Part shown: piece by piece, positions 1 through 8,392 of the stretch
Layout of the letters: each line of letters starts with the position of its first letter
How positions within the stretch are numbered: the first letter of the stretch is position 1
DNA from: Aliarcobacter sp.
GTDB lineage: Bacteria > Campylobacterota > Campylobacteria > Campylobacterales > Arcobacteraceae
Assembly (NCBI GenBank): GCA_023268955.1
Contig: JALRJW010000176.1
Span: 1-29,458, forward strand
Length of the DNA stretch: 29,458 nt
Direction of reading: 5' to 3'
Made by a program: the position numbers and the translations under genes
Notes under the pieces: model-generated
What the model saw: only the letters and a program-made list of their open reading frames with translations
Databases searched by the model: none
What the model was told of the DNA's origin: nothing

Positions 1-929
1 GCTTTATCTTCACCTAATGAGTATCTTAACATCATTGCAGCACTTTCTATTGTTGCAATTGGATTTGCTATTCCTTGTCCTGCAATATCAGGTGCTGAAC
101 CATGAATTGGCTCATAAATAGCTGTTTTATCTCCCGTTGAAGCTGATGGCAATAATCCAATTGATCCAACAACCATTGAAGCAGTATCAGATAAAATATC
201 TCCAAAAATATTTCCAGTTACAATAACATCAAATTGTTTTGGGTTTCTAACTAATTGCATTGCTGCATTATCTACATACATATGAGATAATTGAACTTCT
301 GGATAGTCTTTTGCAACTTCTTCCATTGTATCTCTCCATAATTGAGAAACTTCAAGAACATTAGCTTTATCTACTGAACATACTCTTTTATCTCTTTGCA
401 TTGCAAATTCAAATGCTTGTTTACCAATTCTTTCAATTTCTGGTTTTGTATATACCATTGTATTAAATGCTTTGAAACCATCATTTTCTCTTGGTTGTCC
501 AAAATAGATTCCACCAATTAATTCTCTAACAACCATGATGTCACAACCTTTGATAACTTCTGGTTTTAAAGTTGAAGCATTTACTAATTCATCATAAACA
601 ATAGCAGGTCTTAGGTTTGCATAAACACCCATTGCTTCTCTGAATTTAAGCAATCCAGTTTCAGGTCTTAATTCTCTTGGTAAAGTATCCCATTTTTCTC
701 CACCAATAGAACCAAATAAACATGCATCAGAGTTTAAAACACCCGTTACAGTCTCTTGAGGTAGTGGAACACCTGTTTCATCAATAGCAATTCCACCCAT
801 TAAGTATTCTTTATATTCTAAAGTAAAATCACAAGCAGCTGCAACTGTATCTAAAACTTTAATTGCTTCATCAACGATTTCTGGACCAATTCCATCACCT
901 TTGATTACTGATATATTATATTTTTTCAT
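1..929 (-). CDS. leuB: 3-isopropylmalate dehydrogenase (runs off the window start; C-terminus missing)
   Basis: Not in the ORF track. Manual translation from ATG at 929: [19 protein letters not shown]...[11 protein letters not shown]...RPETGLL...YANLRP...VDKANV...YVDNAAMQL...NIFGDILSD...[13 protein letters not shown], all IPMDH motifs. Starts 4 nt after the leuD stop. Confidence 0.97.
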   Translation of the reverse strand, partial: MKKYNISVIKGDGIGPEIVDEAIKVLDTVAAACDFTLEYKEYLMGGIAIDETGVPLPQETVTGVLNSDACLFGSIGGEKWDTLPRELRPETGLLKFREAMGVYANLRPAIVYDELVNASTLKPEVIKGCDIMVVRELIGGIYFGQPRENDGFKAFNTMVYTKPEIERIGKQAFEFAMQRDKRVCSVDKANVLEVSQLWRDTMEEVAKDYPEVQLSHMYVDNAAMQLVRNPKQFDVIVTGNIFGDILSDTASMVVGSIGLLPSASTGDKTAIYEPIHGSAPDIAGQGIANPIATIESAAMMLRYSLGEDK

Positions 930-932
930 TAA

Positions 933-1445
933 TTATTTACCTTCTTTTTCTTTTGCAACTTCAAGATTTGCAAAATTAATTAATCCACCAGCTGCAATTA
1001 ATTCTTGCATAAACTCAGGAATTGGAATAAATTTGTAAGTTTTATTTGTAGTGTTGTTAGTAATCTCTCCAGCATCTACATCAATAGTAATATTTTCACC
1101 CTCTTTAATTTCTAAAGACTCAGGTAATTCAAAAATTGGTAAACCCATATTAAAAGCATTTCTATAAAAAATTCTAGCAAATGATGGTGCAACAACAGCA
1201 GCAACTCCAGCAGCTTTTAAAGCGATTGGTGCGTGTTCTCTACTTGAACCACATCCAAAGTTTTCACCAGCAACAATAATGTCACCTCTTTGCAATTTTT
1301 TTGGAAATTCAGGGTCTGCATCTTCCATAACATATTTTGCTAAATGCTCAGGGTCTGAACTGTTTAAGTATCTTGCTGCAATAATAACGTCAGTATCAAT
1401 GTTAGCACCAAAATTCCATACTTTTCCAGTAATTTTTTTCTCCAT
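933..1445 (-). CDS. leuD: 3-isopropylmalate dehydratase small subunit (short LeuD/HacB-like type)
   Basis: NIDTDVII and NFGCGSSREHA motifs, SFARIFYRNAFN; SD AAGGA upstream; directly upstream of leuB. Confidence 0.93.
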   Translation of the reverse strand: MEKKITGKVWNFGANIDTDVIIAARYLNSSDPEHLAKYVMEDADPEFPKKLQRGDIIVAGENFGCGSSREHAPIALKAAGVAAVVAPSFARIFYRNAFNMGLPIFELPESLEIKEGENITIDVDAGEITNNTTNKTYKFIPIPEFMQELIAAGGLINFANLEVAKEKEGK

Positions 1446-1510
1446 GTACTTATCCTTAACTCTTATAAGTGTTTATTTTCAAAACATTTTATTTTAACTT
1501 GTAAGGCGCA

Positions 1511-1518
1511 ATTGTATC
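1511..1518 (-). promoter_or_regulatory. Candidate sigma70 -10 element for leuD-leuB (gaTACAAT)
   Basis: Matches the Campylobacterota gnTAnAAT pattern about 65 nt upstream of the leuD ATG. Confidence 0.45.
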
Positions 1519-1576
1519 TAAATATTTAGTAATCTTTAATTAAAAGAATAAAATTAATCCAAGTTTTAACTGTTTT

Positions 1577-1585
1577 GGATATAAT
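1577..1585 (+). promoter_or_regulatory. Candidate sigma70 -10 element for rpoD (ggaTATAAT)
   Basis: Perfect TATAAT at 1580-1585, 32 nt before the rpoD ATG; SD AAAGGGG follows. Confidence 0.55.
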
Positions 1586-1617
1586 ATCAACAACTTATTA
1601 AAGGGGTTTTATCTTAT

Positions 1618-3516
1618 ATGAGCACAAAAGATTTAAACAAAGTAATAGAACAACTTATCAAAGAGAATAAAGACTCTGTCCTAACTTATGAAAAAATCAT
1701 AAAAATTTTCCCAAAAGCTCCATCTATTGCACACATTAAAAAACTAATTGCATTAGTTCAATTGTATAACGTAACAGTTATTACATCTCAAGAACAAGCA
1801 AAAAGACTTAATGCAGAAGAAGCTAAAAAGAAAAGAGAAGCTAGAGAAAAAATGATTGAAAACGAAGATGATGTTTTCGATTTATTAAAAAGTAAAGAGC
1901 TTCTAGAATGGTCAAGATCTGATTCTCCTGTTAGAATGTACTTAAGAGAAATGGGTCAAATTCCATTACTTACAAAAGAAGAAGAGATTGAAATCTCGAA
2001 AAGAATTGAAATTGGTGAAGATATCATCTTAGATGCTATTTGTTATGTACCATATTTAATTGACTTTATTTTAGATTATAAAGAGCCTCTTGTAAATAGA
2101 GAAAGAAAAGTTAAAGAATTATTTAAAAACTTTGATGATGAAGATAGTGATGATGATAACGATGACGATAGTGATGATGATTCAAATGATGATGAAGAAT
2201 TAGATGAAGATGGTAATCCTATAGAGTTAGATGATGACGATTCTGATTCTAAAAATAAAAAAGTTAAAAAACTTGATAAAAGAGCATTAGCAATTATTGA
2301 AGGTTTTAAAAGTTTAGATAAAGCTAAAAAAGAGTGGGTTAAATATCTTGCTAAAGAGACAGCTGAATCAGACGAAGAGTTAGATCAAATTAAATTTAAT
2401 TTAAATACTGCATTCAAGAAAAAAATCTTAAAAGAAGCATTATTAGACTTAGGGCCAACTTCTAAACTTATTACAGAAATCGTAAAAGCTATGGAAACTG
2501 CATTAAAATCTGATAGTGGATTTGACCAAGAATTAAAAAGATTAGAGTACAAATTACCATTATTTAATGATACTTTATTAGCAAATCATGAAAAGATTTT
2601 AAATAATATTGTTAATTTATCTAAAGGTCAAATTACAACTATGGTTCCTGAAGCTACAATGGTTTCTACATATATGGAAATCAAAAAGTTATTCCAAACT
2701 AAAGAAGCTTCAGCAGGTGGATTCGACCTTGAACCACAAGAATTAAAAGACGTTTTAGAACAAATCAAAAGAGGTAAACAAATTACTGATCAAGCTAAAA
2801 CTAGAATGGCAAAATCTAACCTTAGACTTGTTGTATCAATTGCAAAAAGATATACAAACAGAGGTTTACCATTCTTAGATTTAATTCAAGAAGGTAATAT
2901 CGGTCTAATGAAAGCCGTTGATAAGTTTGAATATAAAAAAGGTTATAAATTCTCTACTTATGCAACGTGGTGGATTAGACAAGCAATTTCAAGAGCAATT
3001 GCAGACCAAGCAAGAACTATTAGAATCCCTATTCATATGATTGAAACAATTAATAGAATTAATAAAATCATTAGAAAAGGTATCCAAGAAAATGGTAAAG
3101 AACCAGATGTAGAAGAAATCGCAAAAGAAGTTGGTTTACCTGTTGATAAAGTTAAACAAGTAATTAAAATTACTAAAGAACCTGTATCACTTGAAGCACC
3201 AATTGGTTCAGATGAAGATGGTAAATTTGGAGATTTTGTTCCTGATGAAAAAGCTCCAACACCAGTTGACAATATCATGAAAGAGGATTTACAAGGTCAA
3301 ATCAATCAAATCTTAGCTCAATTAAATGAAAGAGAACAAGCTGTAATCAGAATGAGATTTGGACTAATGGATGATGCTTCTGATAGAACTTTAGAAGAGA
3401 TTGGTAAGGAACTTTCTGTAACAAGAGAGAGAGTTAGACAAATTGAATCAAGTGCTATTAAGAAATTAAAGCATCCAAAAGTTGGTAAAAACCTTAAAAA
3501 TTATGTAGAGAGCTAA
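1618..3516 (+). CDS. rpoD: RNA polymerase primary sigma factor sigma70
   Basis: Region 1.2 [12 protein letters not shown], acidic non-conserved region, region 2 [12 protein letters not shown]...[17 protein letters not shown]...[13 protein letters not shown], region 4 RTLEEIG...[10 protein letters not shown]. Confidence 0.99.
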   Translation: MSTKDLNKVIEQLIKENKDSVLTYEKIIKIFPKAPSIAHIKKLIALVQLYNVTVITSQEQAKRLNAEEAKKKREAREKMIENEDDVFDLLKSKELLEWSRSDSPVRMYLREMGQIPLLTKEEEIEISKRIEIGEDIILDAICYVPYLIDFILDYKEPLVNRERKVKELFKNFDDEDSDDDNDDDSDDDSNDDEELDEDGNPIELDDDDSDSKNKKVKKLDKRALAIIEGFKSLDKAKKEWVKYLAKETAESDEELDQIKFNLNTAFKKKILKEALLDLGPTSKLITEIVKAMETALKSDSGFDQELKRLEYKLPLFNDTLLANHEKILNNIVNLSKGQITTMVPEATMVSTYMEIKKLFQTKEASAGGFDLEPQELKDVLEQIKRGKQITDQAKTRMAKSNLRLVVSIAKRYTNRGLPFLDLIQEGNIGLMKAVDKFEYKKGYKFSTYATWWIRQAISRAIADQARTIRIPIHMIETINRINKIIRKGIQENGKEPDVEEIAKEVGLPVDKVKQVIKITKEPVSLEAPIGSDEDGKFGDFVPDEKAPTPVDNIMKEDLQGQINQILAQLNEREQAVIRMRFGLMDDASDRTLEEIGKELSVTRERVRQIESSAIKKLKHPKVGKNLKNYVES

Positions 3517-3519
3517 TAT

Positions 3520-4200
3520 ATGCCTTTATTTGAAAAATGGGTAGATGTGGATTTAAATCCTGTTATTACTTTCACATCTTCTGGAAGAATTGCTTACTCA
3601 AATTCTGAAGCACAATTTTTATTAAGTAGAATAAGTCAAAAAGAACTTTTTGACTTATCTGTTCAATATGCTTCACAAACTTATGGTATTAATACATCTT
3701 ATATTGATTTACAATTAAAAAACTATACTTTTTATGCAATTACTGTTATGTATGAAAATGATGAAGAAATTCATATGAAACTTTACAAAAGTGCTACTGT
3801 AAAAAAAGACAAAAAATTAACGACATCTAATACTAACACAACAAATATATTTACTTTAGTTGATTTATCTATTTCTACAAATAAAACTAAATCTTCAATT
3901 AATTATGTGAAAAACTATGATCCTTCAATTCCAGAATTCAAATTAAATGCTAGTGCTTTTATAAAGGTTCTAAATCAAATTTTTAGTAGTTTTCATTCTA
4001 GTTCAACTTTATATTGTTCTATATTATTAAAAATTGGGGAATATATTAGAATTGAAGGTAAAAAATATCCACTGATATCAGTTGAAATTTCAGCAGATGA
4101 GAAATATTCTTTTGATGAATTAAGAACTAAAGAATTTGAACACTTTATTGTAATTTGTGAATTAAATAAGGTTACAATAGATTTACCTCTTATTTCTTAG
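3520..4200 (+). CDS. PAS-like domain + degenerate NtrB-type HATPase domain protein (probable pseudokinase)
   Basis: N-terminal PAS-like start (NPVITFTSSGRIAYSNSEAQFLL); C-terminal YDPSIPE...IKVLNQI...IEGKKYPL...IDLPL resembles the NtrB C-terminal domain; no H-box and no G-boxes. Starts 3 nt after the rpoD stop. Confidence 0.6.
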   Translation: MPLFEKWVDVDLNPVITFTSSGRIAYSNSEAQFLLSRISQKELFDLSVQYASQTYGINTSYIDLQLKNYTFYAITVMYENDEEIHMKLYKSATVKKDKKLTTSNTNTTNIFTLVDLSISTNKTKSSINYVKNYDPSIPEFKLNASAFIKVLNQIFSSFHSSSTLYCSILLKIGEYIRIEGKKYPLISVEISADEKYSFDELRTKEFEHFIVICELNKVTIDLPLIS

Positions 4201-4221
4201 TATAAATCTATTAAATAAAAC

Positions 4222-4247
4222 CAAAAGCTATTTTAATATAGCTTTTG
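4222..4247. terminator. Inverted repeat between converging operons, probable bidirectional terminator
   Basis: CAAAAGCTAT-tttaat-ATAGCTTTTG, perfect 10-bp stem overlapping the stop of the minus-strand gene at 4228. Confidence 0.55.
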
Positions 4248-4779
4248 AAACTAACACTCCAAGTGGAACTAATCCTATTCCAACTAAAAATGCAATTGGT
4301 AAAAATATTTGATTATTATTTAAAGCAAAAAAACTAAGTAGTAATGTTCCATATCCAACTATTCTGTATATTGATACAAAACTACCTGAAGATTTTAAAG
4401 CATTTTTAACAGATGCTGTTTTAACTTTGGATTTCTCTTCTTGAATAATTTCTTTGATTTTTTCAGGTGTTAAATCTTCTTCTTTAATCTCTTCATACTC
4501 AGAATATAAATCAAAAGGATCATCAATTTGATCAATTTTATCTCTATCTTCTTTTAACTCGCCAGCAGTTACATCAATATTTTCTAATCTTTTTTCAACA
4601 TTTCTTTTATATGATAAAAAAGTTGCTAGAGTTATAATTAAACTTGAAATAAAACCAAGTTGAGCGTTTAAAACCCAATATTTATCTTTTAAAATAAAAA
4701 GAACTATAACTAAAACAATATTTAGAAAAATAAAGAGTTTTGCATACCTTAAAACTAAAGGATTAATCTTCATCATCAT
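4228..4779 (-). CDS. Four-TM membrane protein, AtpI-like partner (start may be 4779, 4776 or 4773)
   Basis: Two N-terminal and two C-terminal hydrophobic helices around an acidic loop; overlaps the upstream AtpZ-like gene by 17 nt. Confidence 0.6.
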   Translation of the reverse strand: MMMKINPLVLRYAKLFIFLNIVLVIVLFILKDKYWVLNAQLGFISSLIITLATFLSYKRNVEKRLENIDVTAGELKEDRDKIDQIDDPFDLYSEYEEIKEEDLTPEKIKEIIQEEKSKVKTASVKNALKSSGSFVSIYRIVGYGTLLLSFFALNNNQIFLPIAFLVGIGLVPLGVLVSKAILK

Positions 4780-5086
4780 CTAAAGCTTTATCACCATGCT
4801 TAGCTCTATATGCATATCTAGGGTCATTTTCCATTCCCTCATACTCTTTTTGAGCTCTTTTATATGCTTTATAAACATTTAAACCAGCAGCTGCAATTCC
4901 ATAAAATATACCTACCCATAAAGTCCAAGTATATCCTGTCCATTTCATTAAACCATAACCAACAGCAAATCCAATAGCAACAGCAACGACAATAGATATA
5001 CCTAAAGATAGGTTATCTAAAGCCATTAATTTACTTTGATGTTTTGGTTCTTGAAAATTAGTTTCTTGTTGTTTATTTTCTTCCAT
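4763..5086 (-). CDS. AtpZ/AtpI family protein (ATPase gene 1 type)
   Basis: Two glycine-rich TM helices: LGISIVVAVAIGFAVGYGL and WVGIFYGIAAAGLNVYK, the typical pattern of the family. Confidence 0.75.
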   Translation of the reverse strand: MEENKQQETNFQEPKHQSKLMALDNLSLGISIVVAVAIGFAVGYGLMKWTGYTWTLWVGIFYGIAAAGLNVYKAYKRAQKEYEGMENDPRYAYRAKHGDKALDDDED

Positions 5087-5096
5087 TATCTTCCAA

Positions 5097-5414
5097 TTAT
5101 GAAATAAAAGTACAACAGTAATCAGTGATTTCTAATACTTTAATATCAAAAGAACAGTTTGCAGGAACTTCAAAGTATCCACCAGCTTCAATAGTTTCCC
5201 AGTTTGAATCTCCACAAGCAACTAAAACTTCAACTTTACCAGCTATAATTTCCATATGCTCAGCATCAGCTGTGTTAAAAGTATATTCACCTGGCATCAT
5301 AATTCCAAGAGTTTTTTTAACTCCATTTTCATCTACAAATCCTCTTGATGTAACTTTTCCATCAAAATAGATATTTGCTTTTTTTGTTAATTCTACATTT
5401 TTTAATGTTGGCAT
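5097..5414 (-). CDS. ppnP: Pyrimidine/purine nucleoside phosphorylase (YaiE/DUF1255 cupin)
   Basis: KANIYFDGKVTSR, KTLGIMMPGEYTFNT, EHMEII, VPANCSFDIKV...DYCC. Confidence 0.9.
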   Translation of the reverse strand: MPTLKNVELTKKANIYFDGKVTSRGFVDENGVKKTLGIMMPGEYTFNTADAEHMEIIAGKVEVLVACGDSNWETIEAGGYFEVPANCSFDIKVLEITDYCCTFIS

Positions 5415-5513
5415 TTAATTTTTCCTTATTATTTTTTATTTTTTATCTACTTTTTAACATAAAATATAAAATTTTATTAAAAGTAGCCAGTTCTTAAACT
5501 CTCTGTGAGAAAA

Positions 5514-5541
5514 TCTAAAGGGCTTTAGAAAAAAGCCTTTT
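5514..5541 (-). terminator. Hairpin(s) at the hemL stop, possible weak terminator
   Basis: Overlapping inverted repeats AAAGGGCTTT/AAAGCCTTTT (5517-5541, imperfect) and TCTAAAG/CTTTAGA (5514-5529). Confidence 0.35.
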
Positions 5542-6823
5542 ATAAATTTTTCATGATTTCATCAGCTGCGATTATACAATTTTTTATATCATCTTCACTA
5601 ATTTCAGTACACATAAATCCAGCTTCATATTGAGAACATGCAAAATAGAAACCTTTTTTAATCATTTCCCTATGGAAAGTTGCAAATCTTTTAAAATCAC
5701 AGAAGTCTGTAACTTCTTTAAAATTCGTTGGCATTTTATCTGCAAAAAAGAATCCAAACATTGAACCTCTTGTATCAACTTGAAGTCCAATTCCATTTTT
5801 ATCAGCAACTTCTTTTAATCCATTCACTAATTTAACAGCTTTAGCATTTAATCCCTCATAAACTTCAGGATTTGCTTTTAGTTTTCTAAGACTTGTAAGA
5901 CCTGCAGCCATTGCAACAGGATTTCCACTTAATGTACCTGCTTGATAAACAGTTCCTTCAGGACTTAAGTGACCCATAATCTCTTTTGAAGCAGCAAATG
6001 CTCCAACAGGCATACCAGCACCAATTACTTTACCAAAAGTAATAATATCAGCTTGAGTTTCTAAAATACCACTTGCACCTTTTAAGCTAGCTCTAAATCC
6101 ACTCATAACTTCATCATAAATTAATAAAGCCCCATTTGCATCACATAATTCTCTACAAGCTTTTAAGAACTCAGGACTAGCTGGAACTAATCCCATATTT
6201 CCAGCGATTGGTTCTAAAATTACACATGAAATATCATCACTATCTTCAAAACATTTTTTTAAATTTTCTATATTATTAAATTCACAAAGTAATGTATGTT
6301 TTGTTAAATCAGCTGGTACTCCTGGACTACTAGGACTTCCAAAAGTAGCAAGTCCTGAACCTGCTTGAACTAAAAGTGAATCTGAGTGACCATGGTAACA
6401 ACCCTCAAATTTTAAAATATCATTTCTTCCTGTTACACCCCTTGCTAATCTAATAGCACTCATTACAGCTTCAGTTCCTGAACTTACAAATCTAACTTTA
6501 TCAATATTGTCAAACATTTCAACTATTTCATTTGCTAAATCTGTTTCAAGTAGAGTTGGTGCACCAAAAGACAAACCTTTTTTTGCAGTTGCAATTACAG
6601 CTTCTTCAATCTCTTTATTTGCGTGACCAAAAATCAATGGTCCCCAAGATTGAACAAAATCTACATATTTATTTCCATCAATATCAAAAAGATAAGCACC
6701 CTCACCTCTATCAATAAATGGTGGAGTTCCCCCAACACTTTTAAAAGCTCTAACAGGTGAATCAACTCCACCTGGTATTACTTCACACGCTTGCTCATAT
6801 GCCTTAATTGAATTTTCAAACAT
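5540..6823 (-). CDS. hemL: Glutamate-1-semialdehyde 2,1-aminomutase
   Basis: [51 protein letters not shown] (PLP lysine), [10 protein letters not shown]. Confidence 0.98.
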   Translation of the reverse strand: MFENSIKAYEQACEVIPGGVDSPVRAFKSVGGTPPFIDRGEGAYLFDIDGNKYVDFVQSWGPLIFGHANKEIEEAVIATAKKGLSFGAPTLLETDLANEIVEMFDNIDKVRFVSSGTEAVMSAIRLARGVTGRNDILKFEGCYHGHSDSLLVQAGSGLATFGSPSSPGVPADLTKHTLLCEFNNIENLKKCFEDSDDISCVILEPIAGNMGLVPASPEFLKACRELCDANGALLIYDEVMSGFRASLKGASGILETQADIITFGKVIGAGMPVGAFAASKEIMGHLSPEGTVYQAGTLSGNPVAMAAGLTSLRKLKANPEVYEGLNAKAVKLVNGLKEVADKNGIGLQVDTRGSMFGFFFADKMPTNFKEVTDFCDFKRFATFHREMIKKGFYFACSQYEAGFMCTEISEDDIKNCIIAADEIMKNL

Positions 6824-6855
6824 TTAAAATCCTATATTAATATTATATAAATGAT

Positions 6856-6868
6856 ATTGTACTATAAT
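6856..6868. promoter_or_regulatory. Back-to-back candidate -10 elements for hemL (TACAAT, minus) and tonB (TATAAT, plus)
   Basis: ATTGTA-c-TATAAT in the 51-nt divergent gap. Confidence 0.45.
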
Positions 6869-6874
6869 CCCGTT

Positions 6875-7678
6875 ATGAAACCAATTATACTAGCTGTTTT
6901 TATATCAATTGCCATACATCTTTTAATACTAAACAATTATAAAATCCCTAAACAAGAGATTACTGTTTCACAAAAAAATGACAATAATGCTAAAACAGAC
7001 GTTACTTTTGTGCAACTAAAAAAAGCAGAACCTAAAAAAATAATTGAAACACCTAAAAAAGAAGAACCAAAGCCTGTTGCAAAACCAGAGCCTAAAATTG
7101 AACCAAAGAAAATTGAAAAACCTAAAGTTATAGAAAAAAAACAAGAAATAAAACCAACACAAACACCAAAAATTAAAGAAAAGAAAATAGAACCTAAACC
7201 TGAAATTAAAAAAGTAGTTCCTATTGCCAAACCAAAACCTATCCAAGAAATTATTGAACCTAAGAAAACAATTCAAGATAAAACTTTAGAAAAATTTCTA
7301 GCACAAGAAGAAAAAGTTGATAAAGAAACCCTTGATACTATTGAAAGGCTTTATGGTAGAGAATTTGAAACTTTTACAAAAGTTCAAAAAGCCTTTATAA
7401 AAGATAATATCAATAATTTTGGAATAATAACTCAAAGGGTTTTAAACAGAATGGGCTATCCAAGACTTGCAGCTAAACTTGGAATTGGTGGTGTTAATGT
7501 TGTTGAGTTTACACTCTTTCCCGATGGAAGTATAAAAGGATTAAAGATTTCAGATTCATCTAGTTATTCAATTTTAGATGATTATACATTGGAATTGATT
7601 GAAATAGCTTACAAAGATTATCCAAGACCAAAAACACCCACAAAACTAAAATTTAATGTAATTTACAAACTTTATTAG
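6875..7678 (+). CDS. tonB: Energy transducer TonB family protein (start moved from 6851 to ATG 6875)
   Basis: N-terminal TM anchor with SxxxH (FISIAIHLL), Lys/Pro/Glu-rich spacer, TonB_C domain (YPRLAAKLGIGGVNVVEFTLFPDGSI...SSSYSILD). Confidence 0.88.
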   Translation: MKPIILAVFISIAIHLLILNNYKIPKQEITVSQKNDNNAKTDVTFVQLKKAEPKKIIETPKKEEPKPVAKPEPKIEPKKIEKPKVIEKKQEIKPTQTPKIKEKKIEPKPEIKKVVPIAKPKPIQEIIEPKKTIQDKTLEKFLAQEEKVDKETLDTIERLYGREFETFTKVQKAFIKDNINNFGIITQRVLNRMGYPRLAAKLGIGGVNVVEFTLFPDGSIKGLKISDSSSYSILDDYTLELIEIAYKDYPRPKTPTKLKFNVIYKLY

Positions 7679-7685
7679 GATTAAA

Positions 7686-8372
7686 ATGAAATATTTTGAA
7701 AAATTGAATTACTCTTTTTTATTTTGGTTTTATTTTGCTCTAATTACAATAATACTTAGAGAATATTACTTTGAAGAAAAGATATATATTTATCATATAT
7801 TCCCATCAAAAATTGATATATTATTTTCACTTGCTTTTTTTGGGTTTATTATATATTCATTTACAGTTTTTGTTTTAGTTTTAAAAAAATCAAAAAATAC
7901 TAAAACTAACTCTTTTTTAGTATTTATTGGAAACTTAACTATTACTCTTCATTTAGCTTATACAACTTATCAAAGTTACAGCCTAATAAATTTAACCTTG
8001 TTAAAGGATTATCATATCTCAACGCAAATTAAGGAATTAAGAAAAACTCTCCCTATAAGTGTAAATAGTTTTACTGATTTAATTGATATTTCCAAAAATG
8101 AAAATCAAATTTCATATATCTATAAACTTAATAAACTAAAAATAGATATAGAAACTTTAGATTTGAGAAGTTTTAAAAATGGTATCCATGAATCACTTTG
8201 CAATGAAAATTATAGTTTAGATGTTTTAAAACATAACTATACTTTAAATTACAAATATTTAGATAAAAACAAAGAAAAAATAATTGATGTTAATACTACT
8301 AAAGAGGATTGTGGTGATAGCATTTATGATTTAGATTATTTAAAATTAATAATGACTGATAAGAAAATATAA
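7686..8372 (+). CDS. Three-TM membrane protein with C-terminal AspS/PA3611-like two-Cys domain
   Basis: SD AGGA, 7 nt after the tonB stop; three hydrophobic segments, then LPISVNSFTDL...C...YKYLD...TKEDC. Confidence 0.5.
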   Translation: MKYFEKLNYSFLFWFYFALITIILREYYFEEKIYIYHIFPSKIDILFSLAFFGFIIYSFTVFVLVLKKSKNTKTNSFLVFIGNLTITLHLAYTTYQSYSLINLTLLKDYHISTQIKELRKTLPISVNSFTDLIDISKNENQISYIYKLNKLKIDIETLDLRSFKNGIHESLCNENYSLDVLKHNYTLNYKYLDKNKEKIIDVNTTKEDCGDSIYDLDYLKLIMTDKKI

Positions 8373-8392
8373 ATTTATTATCAGTTTTTTAA

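Noticed and set aside
1279-1497. 72-aa plus-strand ORF
   Set aside because: Antisense shadow of leuD; no recognisable motif or SD.
2134-2250. GAT/GAC-rich tandem-looking sequence
   Set aside because: Encodes the ordinary acidic non-conserved region of sigma70; not a repeat array.
3033-3278. 81-aa minus-strand ORF
   Set aside because: Antisense to conserved rpoD regions 3-4.
5125-5370. 81-aa plus-strand ORF
   Set aside because: Shadow of ppnP.
6532-6717. 61-aa plus-strand ORF
   Set aside because: Shadow of hemL.
6851-6874. Longer tonB start at ATG 6851
   Set aside because: The extension spans the -10 elements and has no SD; 6875 gives a normal TonB N-terminus.
6937-7276. Two hydrophobic/Phe-rich minus-strand ORFs
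   Set aside because: Reverse-complement artefacts of the A-rich Lys/Pro/Glu spacer of tonB.
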